From an uncultured delta proteobacterium (GTDB lineage Bacteria; Desulfobacterota; Binatia; Binatales; Binataceae), in the NCBI GenBank assembly GCA_963724765.1, contig CAVRVY010000004.1:896001-960000 (forward strand): 64,000 bases of DNA, read 5' to 3'. The notes under the pieces are model-generated. The model saw only the letters and a program-made list of their open reading frames with translations. It was not told where the DNA came from and ran no database searches. How positions within the stretch are numbered: position 1 is the stretch's first letter; each line of letters begins with the position of its first letter. Of the stretch, positions 47,443 through 61,418 are shown piece after piece. The position numbers were made by a program, and so were the translations under genes.

Positions 47443-49809
47443 TCACTGACGACGCGCGACTTCAAGCACCGCCGCCAAGGCGTCCAGCGTAACCGGCTTG
47501 GCGACGTACTCGTCCATCCCCGACTCCAGGCAACGTTCGCGCGCGCCTTCAAGAGCATGCCCGGTCATCGCGATTATGGTGGTGTGCCGCTGGCCGTTTT
47601 CGCGCCGCCGGATTTCGGCGGTAGTGGCGTAACCGTCCATCTCCGGCATTTCACAGTCGAGCAGCACGACTGGATACGGCGCGCCTGCCATTGCTGCCAA
47701 GGCTGGCTTGCCGCCGTCCACGGTATCGACCAGGTAGCCAAGCCGCTCGAGCTGTTTTTGCGCAACCTTGCGATTCACCAGGTTGTCATCGACGACCAGG
47801 ATTCGCAGCGTATCGGGAGATTTCCCGTAATGCGGCATCGCCACTGCTGACGGAGCCGCCAATTCAGTTTTGTTACAAGACTCTTGAAGGATCGGCGGCC
47901 TTAGGGCGAGCAAGGCACAGAGCGTTGCGTGAAGATAGGACGGCTTGATCGGTTTGCTCAACCAGTGGTCGGAGTCCTCCCTTTCCCGGGCCGTTGGGGC
48001 TTCAGCTTTTCTTACCGCGCCCATCATGATCAGAGGAGTTTTCGCCAGGCCCGGATCCAGTCTGATCGTGCGCGCGAGCGCCGGGCCATCCATGCCGGGC
48101 ATTTGGGCGTCAACCAAAATCACATCGAAGGGCTGCGTACCGGCGGATCGTTGGCGCATCGCGGCCAGCGCTTCGTCGCCGCTTGCGGCGACGTCGGCGA
48201 TCATTCCCCACCCCCGCATCGTATTCGCGAGCGCGGCGCGATTGGTCGCGTTGTCATCGACAACCAGAGCGCAGCGGCCGGCGAGCGGCAAGGTGTCCGG
48301 TATTTCCGCCGGAAGGGAAGCCTGTATGCCAAAGACCGCAGTCAGGTAAAATATCGATCCTTCGCCCGATACGCTTTCGATATCGATCTTGCCCTCCATA
48401 CCCTCGGCCAGTTTCGCCGAGATCGTCAGGCCCAGACCGGTCCCGCCGTATTTGCGCGTGGTTGACGCATCGGCCTGCGAGAAGGGGCTGAAAAGCGCGG
48501 CCTGCAAGGCCTGTGGAATACCGATTCCGGTGTCGCGGATCGCGAATCGAATCGTCACCTTATCGGAGGCTGGCGTCTGCGCCGTAACGCTCACCGCGAC
48601 CTCGCCGGCGCCGGTGAATTTCAAAGCGTTGCCGATCAGATTATTCAACACCTGGCGCAGCCGATTCGGATCGCCCGAAACGATTGTGGGCACGCCGCCA
48701 GCTACGGCCAGGATGAGTTCGAGTCCCTTGCTATGGGCCTTTTCCGCGAACGACTCGATCGTACTTTCGAGCACTCCGCGCAAGTCGAAATCGATTCGTT
48801 CGAATACCACCTTGCCCTCGATCAACTTGGAGAAGTCGAGGATGTCGTTCACGATCGTCATCAGCAGGCCGCCGCATTCCGCGGCCGTCTTCGCGCATTC
48901 AAACTGTTCCACGTTCAGACCCGATTCGAGCAGCAGTTCGTTCATCCCGATGATGCCGTTAAGCGGCGTGCGAATCTCGTGGCTCATGTTGCTCATGAAC
49001 TCCGACTTGATCCGCACGCCCTCGAGTGCCGCGTCGCGCGCGCGGCTCAATTCCTGCTCCGCGCGCTTGCGTTCCGTGATGTCCACCGAGACCCCTTCGT
49101 AGTGGTCGATTTCGCCGGCGGCGTCGTATACCACGTGGGCACTTACCACGCACCAGACGGTCGTTCCATCGGGCCGGCGGAACTCAACCTCGCGGTTTTC
49201 AACCACGCCGTCGCGCGCGAGCAGAGCGTTAAGCTGCGATCGCTCCTGCGGATGCTTCCATAGCTCACCAACATTGACCCGTTTCAGGCTCTCCTCGTCC
49301 TCGAGTCCGAGCATCGCGGCGAATCTCGGATTGGCCTCGATCACTTTTCCCTCGGCAGTGATGAGGAAAACGCCGACCGGCACGCTATTGAACAGATTGC
49401 GATAGCGCGACTCCGCCCGTCTGCGTTCGCGCCGCAATTCGGCGTCACGCAACTCGCGCTCCACCGCGGGCGCCAGCCGCGCCAGGTTGTCCTTCAAAAT
49501 GTAGTGATGCGCACCAGCCTTCATCGCGTCCACCGCGACGTTCTCACCGGCGTTGCCGGAGACCAGGATGAAGGGCAGGTCGAGTTCCCTGTCCTGGAGC
49601 AGCTTCAGCGCGGCGAGCCCGTTGAAATGCGGCATCGAGTAATCCGAAATGACCAGGTCCCAGGGCTCTCGCGCCAGCGCCGCTTCCATTGCCTCGGGCG
49701 TTTCCACTCGCTCGTAGGTCGGGTCGACGCCGGCCCGGCGCAGCGCCCGCACCATCAGCTCGGCGTCATCCGCCGAGTCCTCGACTATTAGGAGGTGCAG
49801 CGCGGTCAT
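47443..49809 (-). CDS. Hybrid kinase REC-PAS-HisKA-HATPase-REC-REC
   Basis: N-terminal REC (SDYSMP), PAS, MSHEIRTPLNG, NLIGNALKFT, GGTGLGL and two C-terminal RECs (DAQMP, DCEMP). Confidence 0.92.
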   Translation of the reverse strand: MTALHLLIVEDSADDAELMVRALRRAGVDPTYERVETPEAMEAALAREPWDLVISDYSMPHFNGLAALKLLQDRELDLPFILVSGNAGENVAVDAMKAGAHHYILKDNLARLAPAVERELRDAELRRERRRAESRYRNLFNSVPVGVFLITAEGKVIEANPRFAAMLGLEDEESLKRVNVGELWKHPQERSQLNALLARDGVVENREVEFRRPDGTTVWCVVSAHVVYDAAGEIDHYEGVSVDITERKRAEQELSRARDAALEGVRIKSEFMSNMSHEIRTPLNGIIGMNELLLESGLNVEQFECAKTAAECGGLLMTIVNDILDFSKLIEGKVVFERIDFDLRGVLESTIESFAEKAHSKGLELILAVAGGVPTIVSGDPNRLRQVLNNLIGNALKFTGAGEVAVSVTAQTPASDKVTIRFAIRDTGIGIPQALQAALFSPFSQADASTTRKYGGTGLGLTISAKLAEGMEGKIDIESVSGEGSIFYLTAVFGIQASLPAEIPDTLPLAGRCALVVDDNATNRAALANTMRGWGMIADVAASGDEALAAMRQRSAGTQPFDVILVDAQMPGMDGPALARTIRLDPGLAKTPLIMMGAVRKAEAPTAREREDSDHWLSKPIKPSYLHATLCALLALRPPILQESCNKTELAAPSAVAMPHYGKSPDTLRILVVDDNLVNRKVAQKQLERLGYLVDTVDGGKPALAAMAGAPYPVVLLDCEMPEMDGYATTAEIRRRENGQRHTTIIAMTGHALEGARERCLESGMDEYVAKPVTLDALAAVLEVARRQ

Positions 49810-50256
49810 GAACTGTTCGCCGCGCCGTTGGGAGGTTTCTCGTTCAAGACCAGCCAGTAGAGGCCGAGTTGACGAACCGCTTCGACGAACTGCTCGAAGT
49901 CAACCGGCTTGCGCACGTAACTGTTAGCGCCCAAGTCGTAGCCACGCGCTATATCCTGATCCTCCCTGGAGGAGGTAAGGATTACTACGGGGATAAGCTT
50001 AGTCCGCGGGTCCGCGCGCAGCCTGGTCAGCACCTCGAATCCGTCGAGCTTGGGTAGCTTCAGGTCGAGCAGAACGATTTGCGGCAGGTCGTTGGGATCT
50101 CGTCCCGCATACGATCCCGTCCCGAGGAGGTAATCGATCGCCTGGACACCGTCGCGCGCCACCACGACCCTGTTGGTGATATTGTTCTTCTTCAACGCGC
50201 GCAGGGTCAGCGCTTCGTCGTCAGCGTTGTCTTCCACCAACAGGATGACTTGTTGT

Positions 50257-50264
<8 letters not shown>
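49806..50264 (-). CDS. Single-domain response regulator (Rcp1-like)
   Basis: LLVEDN, LLDLKLPK, LTSS, GANSYVRKPV and LGLYW; overlaps both neighbours. Confidence 0.92.
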
Positions 50265-53250
<2,986 letters not shown>

Positions 53251-53827
53251 AGATTGCGATTGTGGGTTGCCTCGAGGCCGCCATCAGCAGGTTTGGTCCT
53301 CAAGCTCGGCTCCCGAGTTAAGTCTTTAAGTCAGGGTCTCCAGACTTCGGCCCAAGCCAGCAGTTCCAGCGCTTCAGCAGCGGCTTCAGCGATTCAAATG
53401 ATGATCAAGGATCGTACGACTCAAGACCCGTGCCGCCAGGCACGCGTACTTTGGTCTCCTACAATTTGCTGCGACGGCCCACACCCGGCAGGTTGGGCAA
53501 TTGGATGCCGCCCGCGGCATCAATTTGTCGCGACCGGACTTCCGCGATCAGCCCGGCACTGTCGCATTCGCGCTGTGCGCCAGCGCGAAATGAACTTGAT
53601 GAAAATCCGTAGGCTTCGGGACCGCGCTTCCTGTGCTCCGCAGAACCACACGAAGAGGTATTGCCATGGTCTTGGCCTGGCACTCGATGTAAGCTGAGTG
53701 AGTCGGGATCGACATAGGAATCGAGGCCCAACTTGATCCAGCCCTACGGTGGCCCTTTCGCTCGCCTTTGACCACGTTCCGCTAGACCATCCGATTTTCT
53801 CATACGTAAGGCTTGCGGAGGTCCCGA

Positions 53828-54151
53828 ATGGGACTTTCTCGCTTTTGTACAGTCCGGTTCAGGTGGCTCGGCGCGATATTCTTCGCGCCTGCGATTGCGG
53901 CACCCGCCTCGGCGCAGGTAAGGATTGCGTTCGAGCGGCCGCAGGTAGCTTCTCGTATAACTATTCCTCTTCAACGACGTCCCGCAATACCCGAGAACCC
54001 GGCCCGCGTGGCAGGCAAGCCGTCAGCAGGCTCGGCCTCAGCAGGTCGCGCGCGCCAACAAACGCTAATTCCGTGCTGGCGCGATGCGTATCGCGCTGAA
54101 CACATCGTGAAAAGCCGTACCGATCATCGCGACGGTGTGGCTTTTCTTTAA
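53828..54151 (+). CDS. Hypothetical, possibly degenerate secreted protein
   Basis: RBS GGAGG and a signal-like ...PAIAAPASA-Q; the rest is unrecognised. Confidence 0.3.
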   Translation: MGLSRFCTVRFRWLGAIFFAPAIAAPASAQVRIAFERPQVASRITIPLQRRPAIPENPARVAGKPSAGSASAGRARQQTLIPCWRDAYRAEHIVKSRTDHRDGVAFL

Positions 54152-54184
54152 GACAGAGATGGCTTGGAAAAGGACCTGGCTCCG

Positions 54185-54538
54185 ATGAAATGGAATCAGC
54201 TATTGAATCCGCCAAGGGGAGTGGCGAGTTTGAGTTTGCTCGCCGGCTACGTTGCAGGTGAGGCCTGTTCGCTCTACGCGATTTTCATCGCGCATACCAT
54301 GAACCCGGTGAGTTATCGTATGGTCGAGAATAATCTAAAGCTTCGGGCGATATATGGTAGATATCAGGAAATTTATAATCTGCATGGGCTGGCATTCACG
54401 CTGATAGCGTCATTCGCCGTGTTCGCGATGGCATGGTTTGCCGTAAGAGGAATCGCCTGGGCGATTAGCAGGCCGGAAGCAGGATTTAGCCGGCAGACTG
54501 CGCACCAACTTGCATGGGTTTCACAGAGGGATCGTTAA
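54185..54538 (+). CDS. Hypothetical membrane protein
   Basis: RBS AAGGA; two hydrophobic segments. Confidence 0.5.
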   Translation: MKWNQLLNPPRGVASLSLLAGYVAGEACSLYAIFIAHTMNPVSYRMVENNLKLRAIYGRYQEIYNLHGLAFTLIASFAVFAMAWFAVRGIAWAISRPEAGFSRQTAHQLAWVSQRDR

Positions 54539-54743
54539 AACGGCGGGGGCAAATCGTACCGCAACACTTGTTTGAGGAAAAAAAGGACGACGAGGTCCAG
54601 CCGTGCGCGCGGCGGTCCTCCGATGAAAGTTACGCGCGCGACAATTGACCCCGCAGAACGCTCCGCGTAGAGTCGCACGCCAGAAGTTGACAACCGTTGA
54701 GGCAGGCTGCCGGTGCCGATAGCGTACGGTGACCGCGGTTAGG

Positions 54744-55166
54744 ATGCGTATGGCGCGACGCAAGATGGTTGTGGCGTTTGCAAACTGCCCGCGTTGCGGT
54801 GCGACGACGCACATGCCGAACGCCCGCTTCTGTGGCCACTGCGGAGCGAGTCTCGCAGGGGGCGCGAGCAGCCTGCCAACCTGGCAGCGCTCAACCCCTG
54901 CGAAGTACAACCACGTCGCGATGAACCGAATCGCGTTATCGTGCCCGGAATGCGGCGAGCCGATGCGCTTCGGCTTCCGTAAGATTTGCCGGCGCTGCGG
55001 CGCGCGGCTGGTGATGGTGCCGCGCCTGTTTCATCCCAACCACGTGCGGGTTTACACCGCCGGACTGCGCGCGGCGCTGGCGGGGCTGGCGGTCGAGGTG
55101 TTCTGGTTTGCGGTCCTGATAGGCATCCTCGGGCTGATTGGTTTGAGTATGCACTCGGGAAAATAA
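54744..55166 (+). CDS. Double zinc-ribbon protein with a C-terminal TM helix
   Basis: CPRC...CGHC and CPEC...CRRC; hydrophobic C-terminus. Confidence 0.7.
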   Translation: MRMARRKMVVAFANCPRCGATTHMPNARFCGHCGASLAGGASSLPTWQRSTPAKYNHVAMNRIALSCPECGEPMRFGFRKICRRCGARLVMVPRLFHPNHVRVYTAGLRAALAGLAVEVFWFAVLIGILGLIGLSMHSGK

Positions 55167-55355
55167 ACCGGGCGGCCATTTTCTGGAGCGAGGGTCTTCT
55201 CGTCAGCGGTTGGGCGCGCAGTTAAAGATCGCTGTCAACGAAGCCACACTGCCCGCCGTTGGCGAAAGGCGTCTCCGGCATACCGTCTTGACCCAAGAGT
55301 ACGCGGTTCCCACCATCGCGCTTCGAGACTATATTTGGTCCGAAGAGGCCCCCCA

Positions 55356-56240
55356 ATGGCTGACGCACCTGACCTTAACCGGCGTTACCTGACCGACGAA
55401 CAGATCGACGCGTACCGGCGCAACGGCTATGTGGCTCTCGCCGGCATCATCGACGCTCAGCGTATCGGTGAGCTGCGCGCTCTTACCGAGCGGTTCGTCG
55501 ACCGTTCGCGTGCGGTCAGCGCGAGCGACGGACTATTCGACCTCGATCCGCTGCATTCCGCGCAGACTCCGACGCTGCGCCGAATCAAGAATCCCGCTGA
55601 CAACGATCCGCTATATCGTTGGGTCGCCTTCGACTCGCCGATTCCCGACATCGTGGCCGAGTTAATCGGACCCGACGTAAAGTTCCATCACAGCAAGCTC
55701 AATCTCAAAGGCGGCCGAGTTGGAGCACCGGTCGAGTGGCATCAGGACGCCGCTTTTTACCCGCACTCCAACGATGACGTCCTCGCGGTAGGGCTGCTGC
55801 TCGACGATGCGACCGCCGAGAACGGATGCCTCGTGGTGCTGCCGGGAAGCCATCGCGAGGCGGTCCACGAGCATTACGACGAGGCCGGCCGCTTCGTCGG
55901 ACAAATGCGCGAAGAGGACATCCGCCGCTTCGACGGCCGCAAGGGCCAACTGCTCGAACTGCCCGCCGGCAGTATCCACATCCATCACTACCGGCTGATC
56001 CACTGGTCCGCGCCCAACACCTCGCCGGACGACCGCCGGCTGCTGATCAACGCTTACAGCGCGGCGGACGCGATGCCGCTCAGTGCCGACCCGACCAAAA
56101 CGCGATTTTTTGGCGCGATAGTTCGAGGCCGCGCGCCGCTTACCGCCCGGCGGACGGCGGGCGATATCCGCCTGCCTCCCGACTTCAGCAAGGGCTACAG
56201 CTCCATTTACGAGCTCCAGACCCAGGCCGCCGACGGTTAG
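55356..56240 (+). CDS. PhyH/EctD-family Fe(II)/2OG dioxygenase
   Basis: WHQD, ENGCL.VLPGSH and H.SAPN.S...RR. Confidence 0.9.
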   Translation: MADAPDLNRRYLTDEQIDAYRRNGYVALAGIIDAQRIGELRALTERFVDRSRAVSASDGLFDLDPLHSAQTPTLRRIKNPADNDPLYRWVAFDSPIPDIVAELIGPDVKFHHSKLNLKGGRVGAPVEWHQDAAFYPHSNDDVLAVGLLLDDATAENGCLVVLPGSHREAVHEHYDEAGRFVGQMREEDIRRFDGRKGQLLELPAGSIHIHHYRLIHWSAPNTSPDDRRLLINAYSAADAMPLSADPTKTRFFGAIVRGRAPLTARRTAGDIRLPPDFSKGYSSIYELQTQAADG

Positions 56241-56308
56241 ACCGGGCGGCCGCAAGCGGTTTCTTTCTTATCGCGGCGCTCACCACACCTCGCGCCGGCT
56301 CGCTGAGC

Positions 56309-56872
56309 CTATTTGACCTTGGGCAGGTTAACGAACACGGCGGCCGCCACGACCGAAGTCCACAGCCCTTCGCGATCGCCGATCGCCGACTGCGTGACGT
56401 TACGCGTCGTGATGATCTTGTCCGAGACTTTCCAGATGTCCTTGCGCTCGTCGTAACTGGCGTTGGGATCGAAATCGACGCCCAGGATGGTGGCTAGCAT
56501 CGTGGCCGCGAGGTCCTCGGCATAGTCGCCGGCCTTCTGGTCGGTCTCGCCGAAACTTTTGTGCTCCGAGAGGTAGCCGTACTGATCCTTGTCCGCCGGG
56601 ATCGCAAGACCGACGGAGGAGGCCACCAGGCGATGGGGTTCATTGGTGGCGTTGTCGTACATTACGGCGTAAACAATCTGGCCGGGCTTCAGATGCTTAA
56701 GCCCCTCCTGGACCGGGATTACTTTACATCCGGGAGGAAAAATCGAACTCACCCGCACCAGATTGAACTCGGCAATGCGTGCGTCGCGTAGCGCAAGCTC
56801 GAATGAAGTGAGCTTCTCGCTATGCCGTCCCACGCCCTTGGTCAGAAAAATCGCGTCTCCGATCGGCCCCAT
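56309..56872 (-). CDS. pdaD: Pyruvoyl-dependent arginine decarboxylase
   Basis: SFELALRDA, self-cleavage site [17 protein letters not shown] and YAEDLAA. Confidence 0.9.
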   Translation of the reverse strand: MGPIGDAIFLTKGVGRHSEKLTSFELALRDARIAEFNLVRVSSIFPPGCKVIPVQEGLKHLKPGQIVYAVMYDNATNEPHRLVASSVGLAIPADKDQYGYLSEHKSFGETDQKAGDYAEDLAATMLATILGVDFDPNASYDERKDIWKVSDKIITTRNVTQSAIGDREGLWTSVVAAAVFVNLPKVK

Positions 56873-57155
56873 CTATTCCTCCCGCTTCGTGCAGCCCCAT
56901 CTCGCAAACCGCACTGTGCGCCAATATTAAAAGTGAGCTGGCGGCGAATCGTAACCGCGCGACCATGGCCGCAGCGTTACATCTGTGTTTCAAGCGGATG
57001 ATCGCGACGCCGCCACTTTGTGGATACATTGCGCCACGCGATCCCGCAACAGGGGCCGCCGATTCGGCTTCGCCATATCGGCAAATTTGCCGCCGCGAGG
57101 CGAAGTGTGGTACGCGGCGTTAGCTCGATCGCGATCTCTGAGGGAGGGCTCGGCG

Positions 57156-58607
57156 ATGATTTCGCTCAACGATTACACTTCGCACGATGCACTTGGATTG
57201 GCTGACCTGGTGGCGCGCAGGGAGGTGACGCCCGACGAACTCGCCGCCGCCGCGTTCGAGGCGGTGGCAAAGGTAAATCCCAGGATCAATGCGGTGCTGC
57301 ATACGCGCCCCAAGGAGCTGGCCGCCGAGATTCGCGCCGGCCTTCCGCGCGGCCCGTTCACCGGCGTCCCGTTCATGATCAAAGAGCTCGTCCTGCACGC
57401 CAGGGGGGTTCGCTGCGAGATGGGCTCGAAGCTCGTGAAGGGTTTCGTCCCCGAGGCGGATAATGAATTGATGGCGCGTTTTCGGCGCGCCGGCCTGATG
57501 CTCACCGGCACCACGCAGACGCCCGAGTTCGGCTACAACCCGACCACCGAGACCCGGGCCTTCGGCCCGGTACATAACCCGTGGGACCTCGGACGCAGCC
57601 CCGGCGGATCCAGTGGCGGCTCGGGAGCGGCGGTCGCGGCCGGTATCGTGCCGATCGCGCATGCCAACGACGGCGGCGGATCGATTCGGATCCCGGCCTC
57701 GTGCAACGGCCTGGTCGGGCTCAAGCCCTCGCGCGACCGCATCCCGTCGGGCCCCGACTACGGCGACCTGCTCTGCGGCCTGGCTTGCGAATTCGTGCTG
57801 ACCCGCAGCGTGCGCGACGCCGCCGCCATGCTCGACGCCGTGGCCGGCCCCGACCCGGGAGCGCCGGGCCATCCTGTGCCTCCGGCCCGCCCCTACCGCG
57901 AGCAAATCGGCACTCCCCCGGGCGGCCTGCGTATCGCATGGACCGCCACGCCGGCCTCAGGAGCCAAGGTCGATCCCGAATGCGAAAAAGCCGTGCATGA
58001 GACGGTGCGCCTGCTTGAAAGTCTCGGCCATACGCTGATCGAGGATCGCCCGCGCTACGATTGGGACGCGTTCCTCGAAAACGTGCACGTCATCTGGGCC
58101 GCCTTCGGCGTTATGTCCATCGATTTCGCCTCGGCTGTGAGCGGCCGCAAGCCGGGGCCCGACAACCTCGAGGCGGTGACGCTCGCCTGCTACGAGGATG
58201 GCAAGCGTTACTCGGCGGCGGATCTGCTCAATGCGATGGCGCACGGCAACCTGGTGTCGCGGCAGGTCGGCGCTTTTTTCGAGAACGTTGACATGCTGAT
58301 GACGCCGACTATCGCGCGCCTGCCCGCGCCGCTGGGCGAACTCGATCAGGATCGCAAAGGCATGACCGCAAGGGAGTGGACGCAGCAGGTCTTCTCCTAC
58401 GTGCCGTTCACGCCGCTCTTCAACACCACCGGTCAGCCGGCCATCTCGCTCCCGCTGCACTGGAGCACGGGCGGGCTTCCAGTCGGAGTGCAGATAGCCG
58501 GACGATTTGGTGATGAGGCGATGCTGCTCCGCCTGGCCGCGCAACTCGAACAGGCGCGTCCGTGGGCTGCAAAACGGCCGCCAGTGCACGCGGCAGCGGC
58601 AATCTGA
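57156..58607 (+). CDS. Amidase-signature family amidase
   Basis: [26 protein letters not shown] and GLKPSR. Confidence 0.92.
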   Translation: MISLNDYTSHDALGLADLVARREVTPDELAAAAFEAVAKVNPRINAVLHTRPKELAAEIRAGLPRGPFTGVPFMIKELVLHARGVRCEMGSKLVKGFVPEADNELMARFRRAGLMLTGTTQTPEFGYNPTTETRAFGPVHNPWDLGRSPGGSSGGSGAAVAAGIVPIAHANDGGGSIRIPASCNGLVGLKPSRDRIPSGPDYGDLLCGLACEFVLTRSVRDAAAMLDAVAGPDPGAPGHPVPPARPYREQIGTPPGGLRIAWTATPASGAKVDPECEKAVHETVRLLESLGHTLIEDRPRYDWDAFLENVHVIWAAFGVMSIDFASAVSGRKPGPDNLEAVTLACYEDGKRYSAADLLNAMAHGNLVSRQVGAFFENVDMLMTPTIARLPAPLGELDQDRKGMTAREWTQQVFSYVPFTPLFNTTGQPAISLPLHWSTGGLPVGVQIAGRFGDEAMLLRLAAQLEQARPWAAKRPPVHAAAAI

Positions 58608-58665
58608 CAACCTCGCGAGGGGGGCTGCTGCCGCGACACGCGGCAGCAGCCCCTGCATAAAATCG

Positions 58666-60021
58666 TCAGCCAAGGCGCGCGATTCGCGCGACCACGCGGT
58701 CGACGAATGCGCCCGCCGACCCCAGGTACGCTGCCGGATCGGTCAGGCGATCGATCTGTTCATCGCTAAGAAGCCGGCGCACCTCGGCGTCGTCGCGTAG
58801 CGCCTGCCCAAGGGTCTTGCCCTCGGCGATTGCGCGATCCGAAACGCGCTGGAGCGCGTGATGCGCCGCCGCACGGCCCATCACCGGCCCGAGCCCCGTG
58901 GACACCGCCTCGGCCATGATCAGTCCGCCGCCAAGCTCCAGGTTGCGGCGCATCCGCGCCGCATCGATCGTCATTCCGCCGGCAATCGTGAGCGCGTGCG
59001 CCATCGCGCCCGCGCAAAGCACGAAGCATTGCGGCAGCGCCAGTGCCTCGCTCTGCCACGGACCGGTTGCGCGCTCGTGATCCTGCGCCATCGCGGTCAG
59101 CATCAGGGGCACCAGCGCGTGCACGCCGCGCGCGGCCGCGATGATGTATTCGGCGGCGACCGGGTTGCGCTTTTGCGGCATCGTGCTCGAACCGCCGCGG
59201 CCCGGCGCGTGCGGCTCGAAAACTTCGGCCACCTCGGTCTGCATCAGGAGGGCCACGTCGAACGCGAACTTGGAGAGAGTGCCGCACACCAGTCCCAGCA
59301 GCGCAACGATTTCGCCCATGGTGTCGCGCGCGACATGCCAGGGCAAATCCGGCGTGCGCAGGCCAAGCTCGTGCGCGAGCGCCTCGGCCACCGCGATTCC
59401 ATTCGCGCCGAGCGCGGCGAGCGTTCCCGCGGCGCCTCCGAATTGCACCACCAGGCTGCGGCGCGCCACCTGATCGAGCCGTTCGACGTGAGCGGCGAGC
59501 GGTGATGCCCATGTCGCACACTTGAGCCCGAAGGTTATCGGCACCGCCTGCTGCAAGTGCGTGCGCCCGGCCATCGGCGTGTCGCGATATTCGCTCGCGC
59601 GACTGGCCAGCGCGCGGGCAAGCGCCATCAGGTCGCGGCGCAGATGTTCGAGCGCGGGGCGCACCTGGAGCACAAGCGCGGAGTCGAGAATATCCTGCGT
59701 GGTTGCTCCCAGATGGACGTAACGGGCGGCCTCTTCGCCCGCGGCGCGGCCAAGTTCGCTCACCAGCGCGGGGACCGGCACGCCGGTCTCACGCGTGCCC
59801 TCGGCGATACGCTCGATCCGCAGATTTTCGAGTCGCGCCGCCTTCGTAATCGCCTCGGCGACCTTCTGCGGCACCAGGCCGAGCCCGGCTTCGGCCCGCG
59901 CTAGCGCGGCCTCGACGTCGAGCATCAATTGAAGATAGGTCGCGTCGGCAAAGAGCGTGCGCATCTCGGCCGTTGCCCACAGCGATCCGAAAATTTCCGA
60001 GTCCGCCGGATGTACACTCAT
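58666..60021 (-). CDS. pcaB: 3-carboxy-cis,cis-muconate cycloisomerase
   Basis: HLGATTQD, GRTHLQQA, GGSSTMPQKRNP and HERATGPWQSE; adjacent to pcaGH. Confidence 0.88.
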   Translation of the reverse strand: MSVHPADSEIFGSLWATAEMRTLFADATYLQLMLDVEAALARAEAGLGLVPQKVAEAITKAARLENLRIERIAEGTRETGVPVPALVSELGRAAGEEAARYVHLGATTQDILDSALVLQVRPALEHLRRDLMALARALASRASEYRDTPMAGRTHLQQAVPITFGLKCATWASPLAAHVERLDQVARRSLVVQFGGAAGTLAALGANGIAVAEALAHELGLRTPDLPWHVARDTMGEIVALLGLVCGTLSKFAFDVALLMQTEVAEVFEPHAPGRGGSSTMPQKRNPVAAEYIIAAARGVHALVPLMLTAMAQDHERATGPWQSEALALPQCFVLCAGAMAHALTIAGGMTIDAARMRRNLELGGGLIMAEAVSTGLGPVMGRAAAHHALQRVSDRAIAEGKTLGQALRDDAEVRRLLSDEQIDRLTDPAAYLGSAGAFVDRVVARIARLG

Positions 60022-60054
60022 CGATTTTGCCTTCGAAACCGTAAGTGCATCGTC

Positions 60055-60669
60055 TCATACGTCCAGGAACACGGTCTCGTTGTCGCCCTGCAAAACGATA
60101 TCGAAGCGCACGACGCGCTCAGCCGCGCCGGCGTCCGCGACGCGCGCGATCAGCGTCGCCCGGCGTTCGGCAGGAAGCGCCCTCAGCAGAGGATCGGCCT
60201 CGTTGAGCGGCTCGTCAGGAAAATAGATCCGCGTCACCAGCCGCTTCAAAAGTCCGCGCGCGAAGACGGACACGTTGATGTGCGGCGCCTGCGCAACGGC
60301 GCCGCTGCCCGACACCGGTCCCGGCCCTGGCACGGGTCCTGGCTTGATCGTGCGCAGGCGGAAACGCCCGTCCGGGCCGGTGGCGACGCGGCCGAACCCG
60401 TGGAAATTGGAATCGAGCGGTCTTTCCTGCTGATCTTTTTCTTTTTTCTCAAAATCTTCAGGATGGTCATAGCGGCCGGCGGCGTTGGCCTGCCACACCT
60501 CGATCATCGCGTCGGTGACCGGCGCGCCGTCGCCGTCAAGCACGCGCCCGTCGATCGCAACGCGCTCACCAGCCGCGCCGCGCGCGGTCAGATCGTCCCA
60601 TCCTTCGTGCAGCAGCGCGCGGTGAAAAAACGGACCGATGGTTTGTGATGGCGTCACGCCGCGGGTCAT
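60055..60669 (-). CDS. pcaG: Protocatechuate 3,4-dioxygenase alpha subunit
   Basis: TPSQTIGPFF, EVWQANAAG, QAPHINVSVFARGLL, TRIYF and ETVF. Confidence 0.93.
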   Translation of the reverse strand: MTRGVTPSQTIGPFFHRALLHEGWDDLTARGAAGERVAIDGRVLDGDGAPVTDAMIEVWQANAAGRYDHPEDFEKKEKDQQERPLDSNFHGFGRVATGPDGRFRLRTIKPGPVPGPGPVSGSGAVAQAPHINVSVFARGLLKRLVTRIYFPDEPLNEADPLLRALPAERRATLIARVADAGAAERVVRFDIVLQGDNETVFLDV

Positions 60670-61391
60670 CTCACGCCTCCACCGGAGTCGCGTTCATGAG
60701 GGATGGCATTGCGGCCGCGCAGCACGATGTCGAAGCGATAGCCCAGCGCACGCTCGGGTATGGTCGTCTCGATATCGAATGCACACACCAGGCGCTCGCG
60801 GGCCGCCGCGTCGGGCACGCTCAGGTAGATCGGATCGAGCTTGAGCAGCGGATCGCCGGGGAAATACATCTGCGTAATGAGCCGGGTCGCGAAGCCAGGG
60901 CCGAAGAGGCTGAAATGGATGTGCTGCGGGCGCCATGCGTTGAAGTGATTTTTCCACGGATAGGCGGCCGGCTTGATGGTGACGAAGCGGTAGACGCCGT
61001 CGGCGCCGCTTGCCACCCGGCCGACCCCGCAAAAATGCGGGTCGAGCGGCGCGTCGTGTTGATCGACGTCGTGCGCGTAGCGGCCGGCCGAGTTCGCCTG
61101 CCAGATCTCGACCAGCGCGTTGGACACCGGGCGGCCGTCCTCGTCGAGCACGCGCCCGGTCACGACGATGCGTTCGCCCAGCGCCTCGCCGCCGGCGAAG
61201 CGCGTGAGGTCGGCATCGCCGGCGGCCACCAACTCCGCGCCGAGACGAGGCCCCGTGATCTCGGAAAGCGTATGCGCGATCCGAATTGGCGGGCGCCTGG
61301 GCGCACGTTTGTGCGTACTCGTATAAGCGCTGTGGTCGTAAGGCGGATCGATTCCCTCCGCGATGCGCCGATAGGCCGGGAGCGTGCTCAT
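60666..61391 (-). CDS. pcaH: Protocatechuate 3,4-dioxygenase beta subunit
   Basis: TLSEITGP, WQANSAGRY, YPWKNH.NAWRPQHIHFS (Tyr/His iron ligands) and ITQMYFPGDP. Confidence 0.95.
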   Translation of the reverse strand: MSTLPAYRRIAEGIDPPYDHSAYTSTHKRAPRRPPIRIAHTLSEITGPRLGAELVAAGDADLTRFAGGEALGERIVVTGRVLDEDGRPVSNALVEIWQANSAGRYAHDVDQHDAPLDPHFCGVGRVASGADGVYRFVTIKPAAYPWKNHFNAWRPQHIHFSLFGPGFATRLITQMYFPGDPLLKLDPIYLSVPDAAARERLVCAFDIETTIPERALGYRFDIVLRGRNAIPHERDSGGGVR

Positions 61392-61418
61392 GTTACTTAG
61401 CTCCTCCTTGGCTCCTCG

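Noticed and set aside
53420-53436. Minus-strand CGGCACGGGTCTTGA upstream of the CHASE3 kinase
   Set aside because: The -12 dinucleotide is GA instead of GC, so it was not counted.
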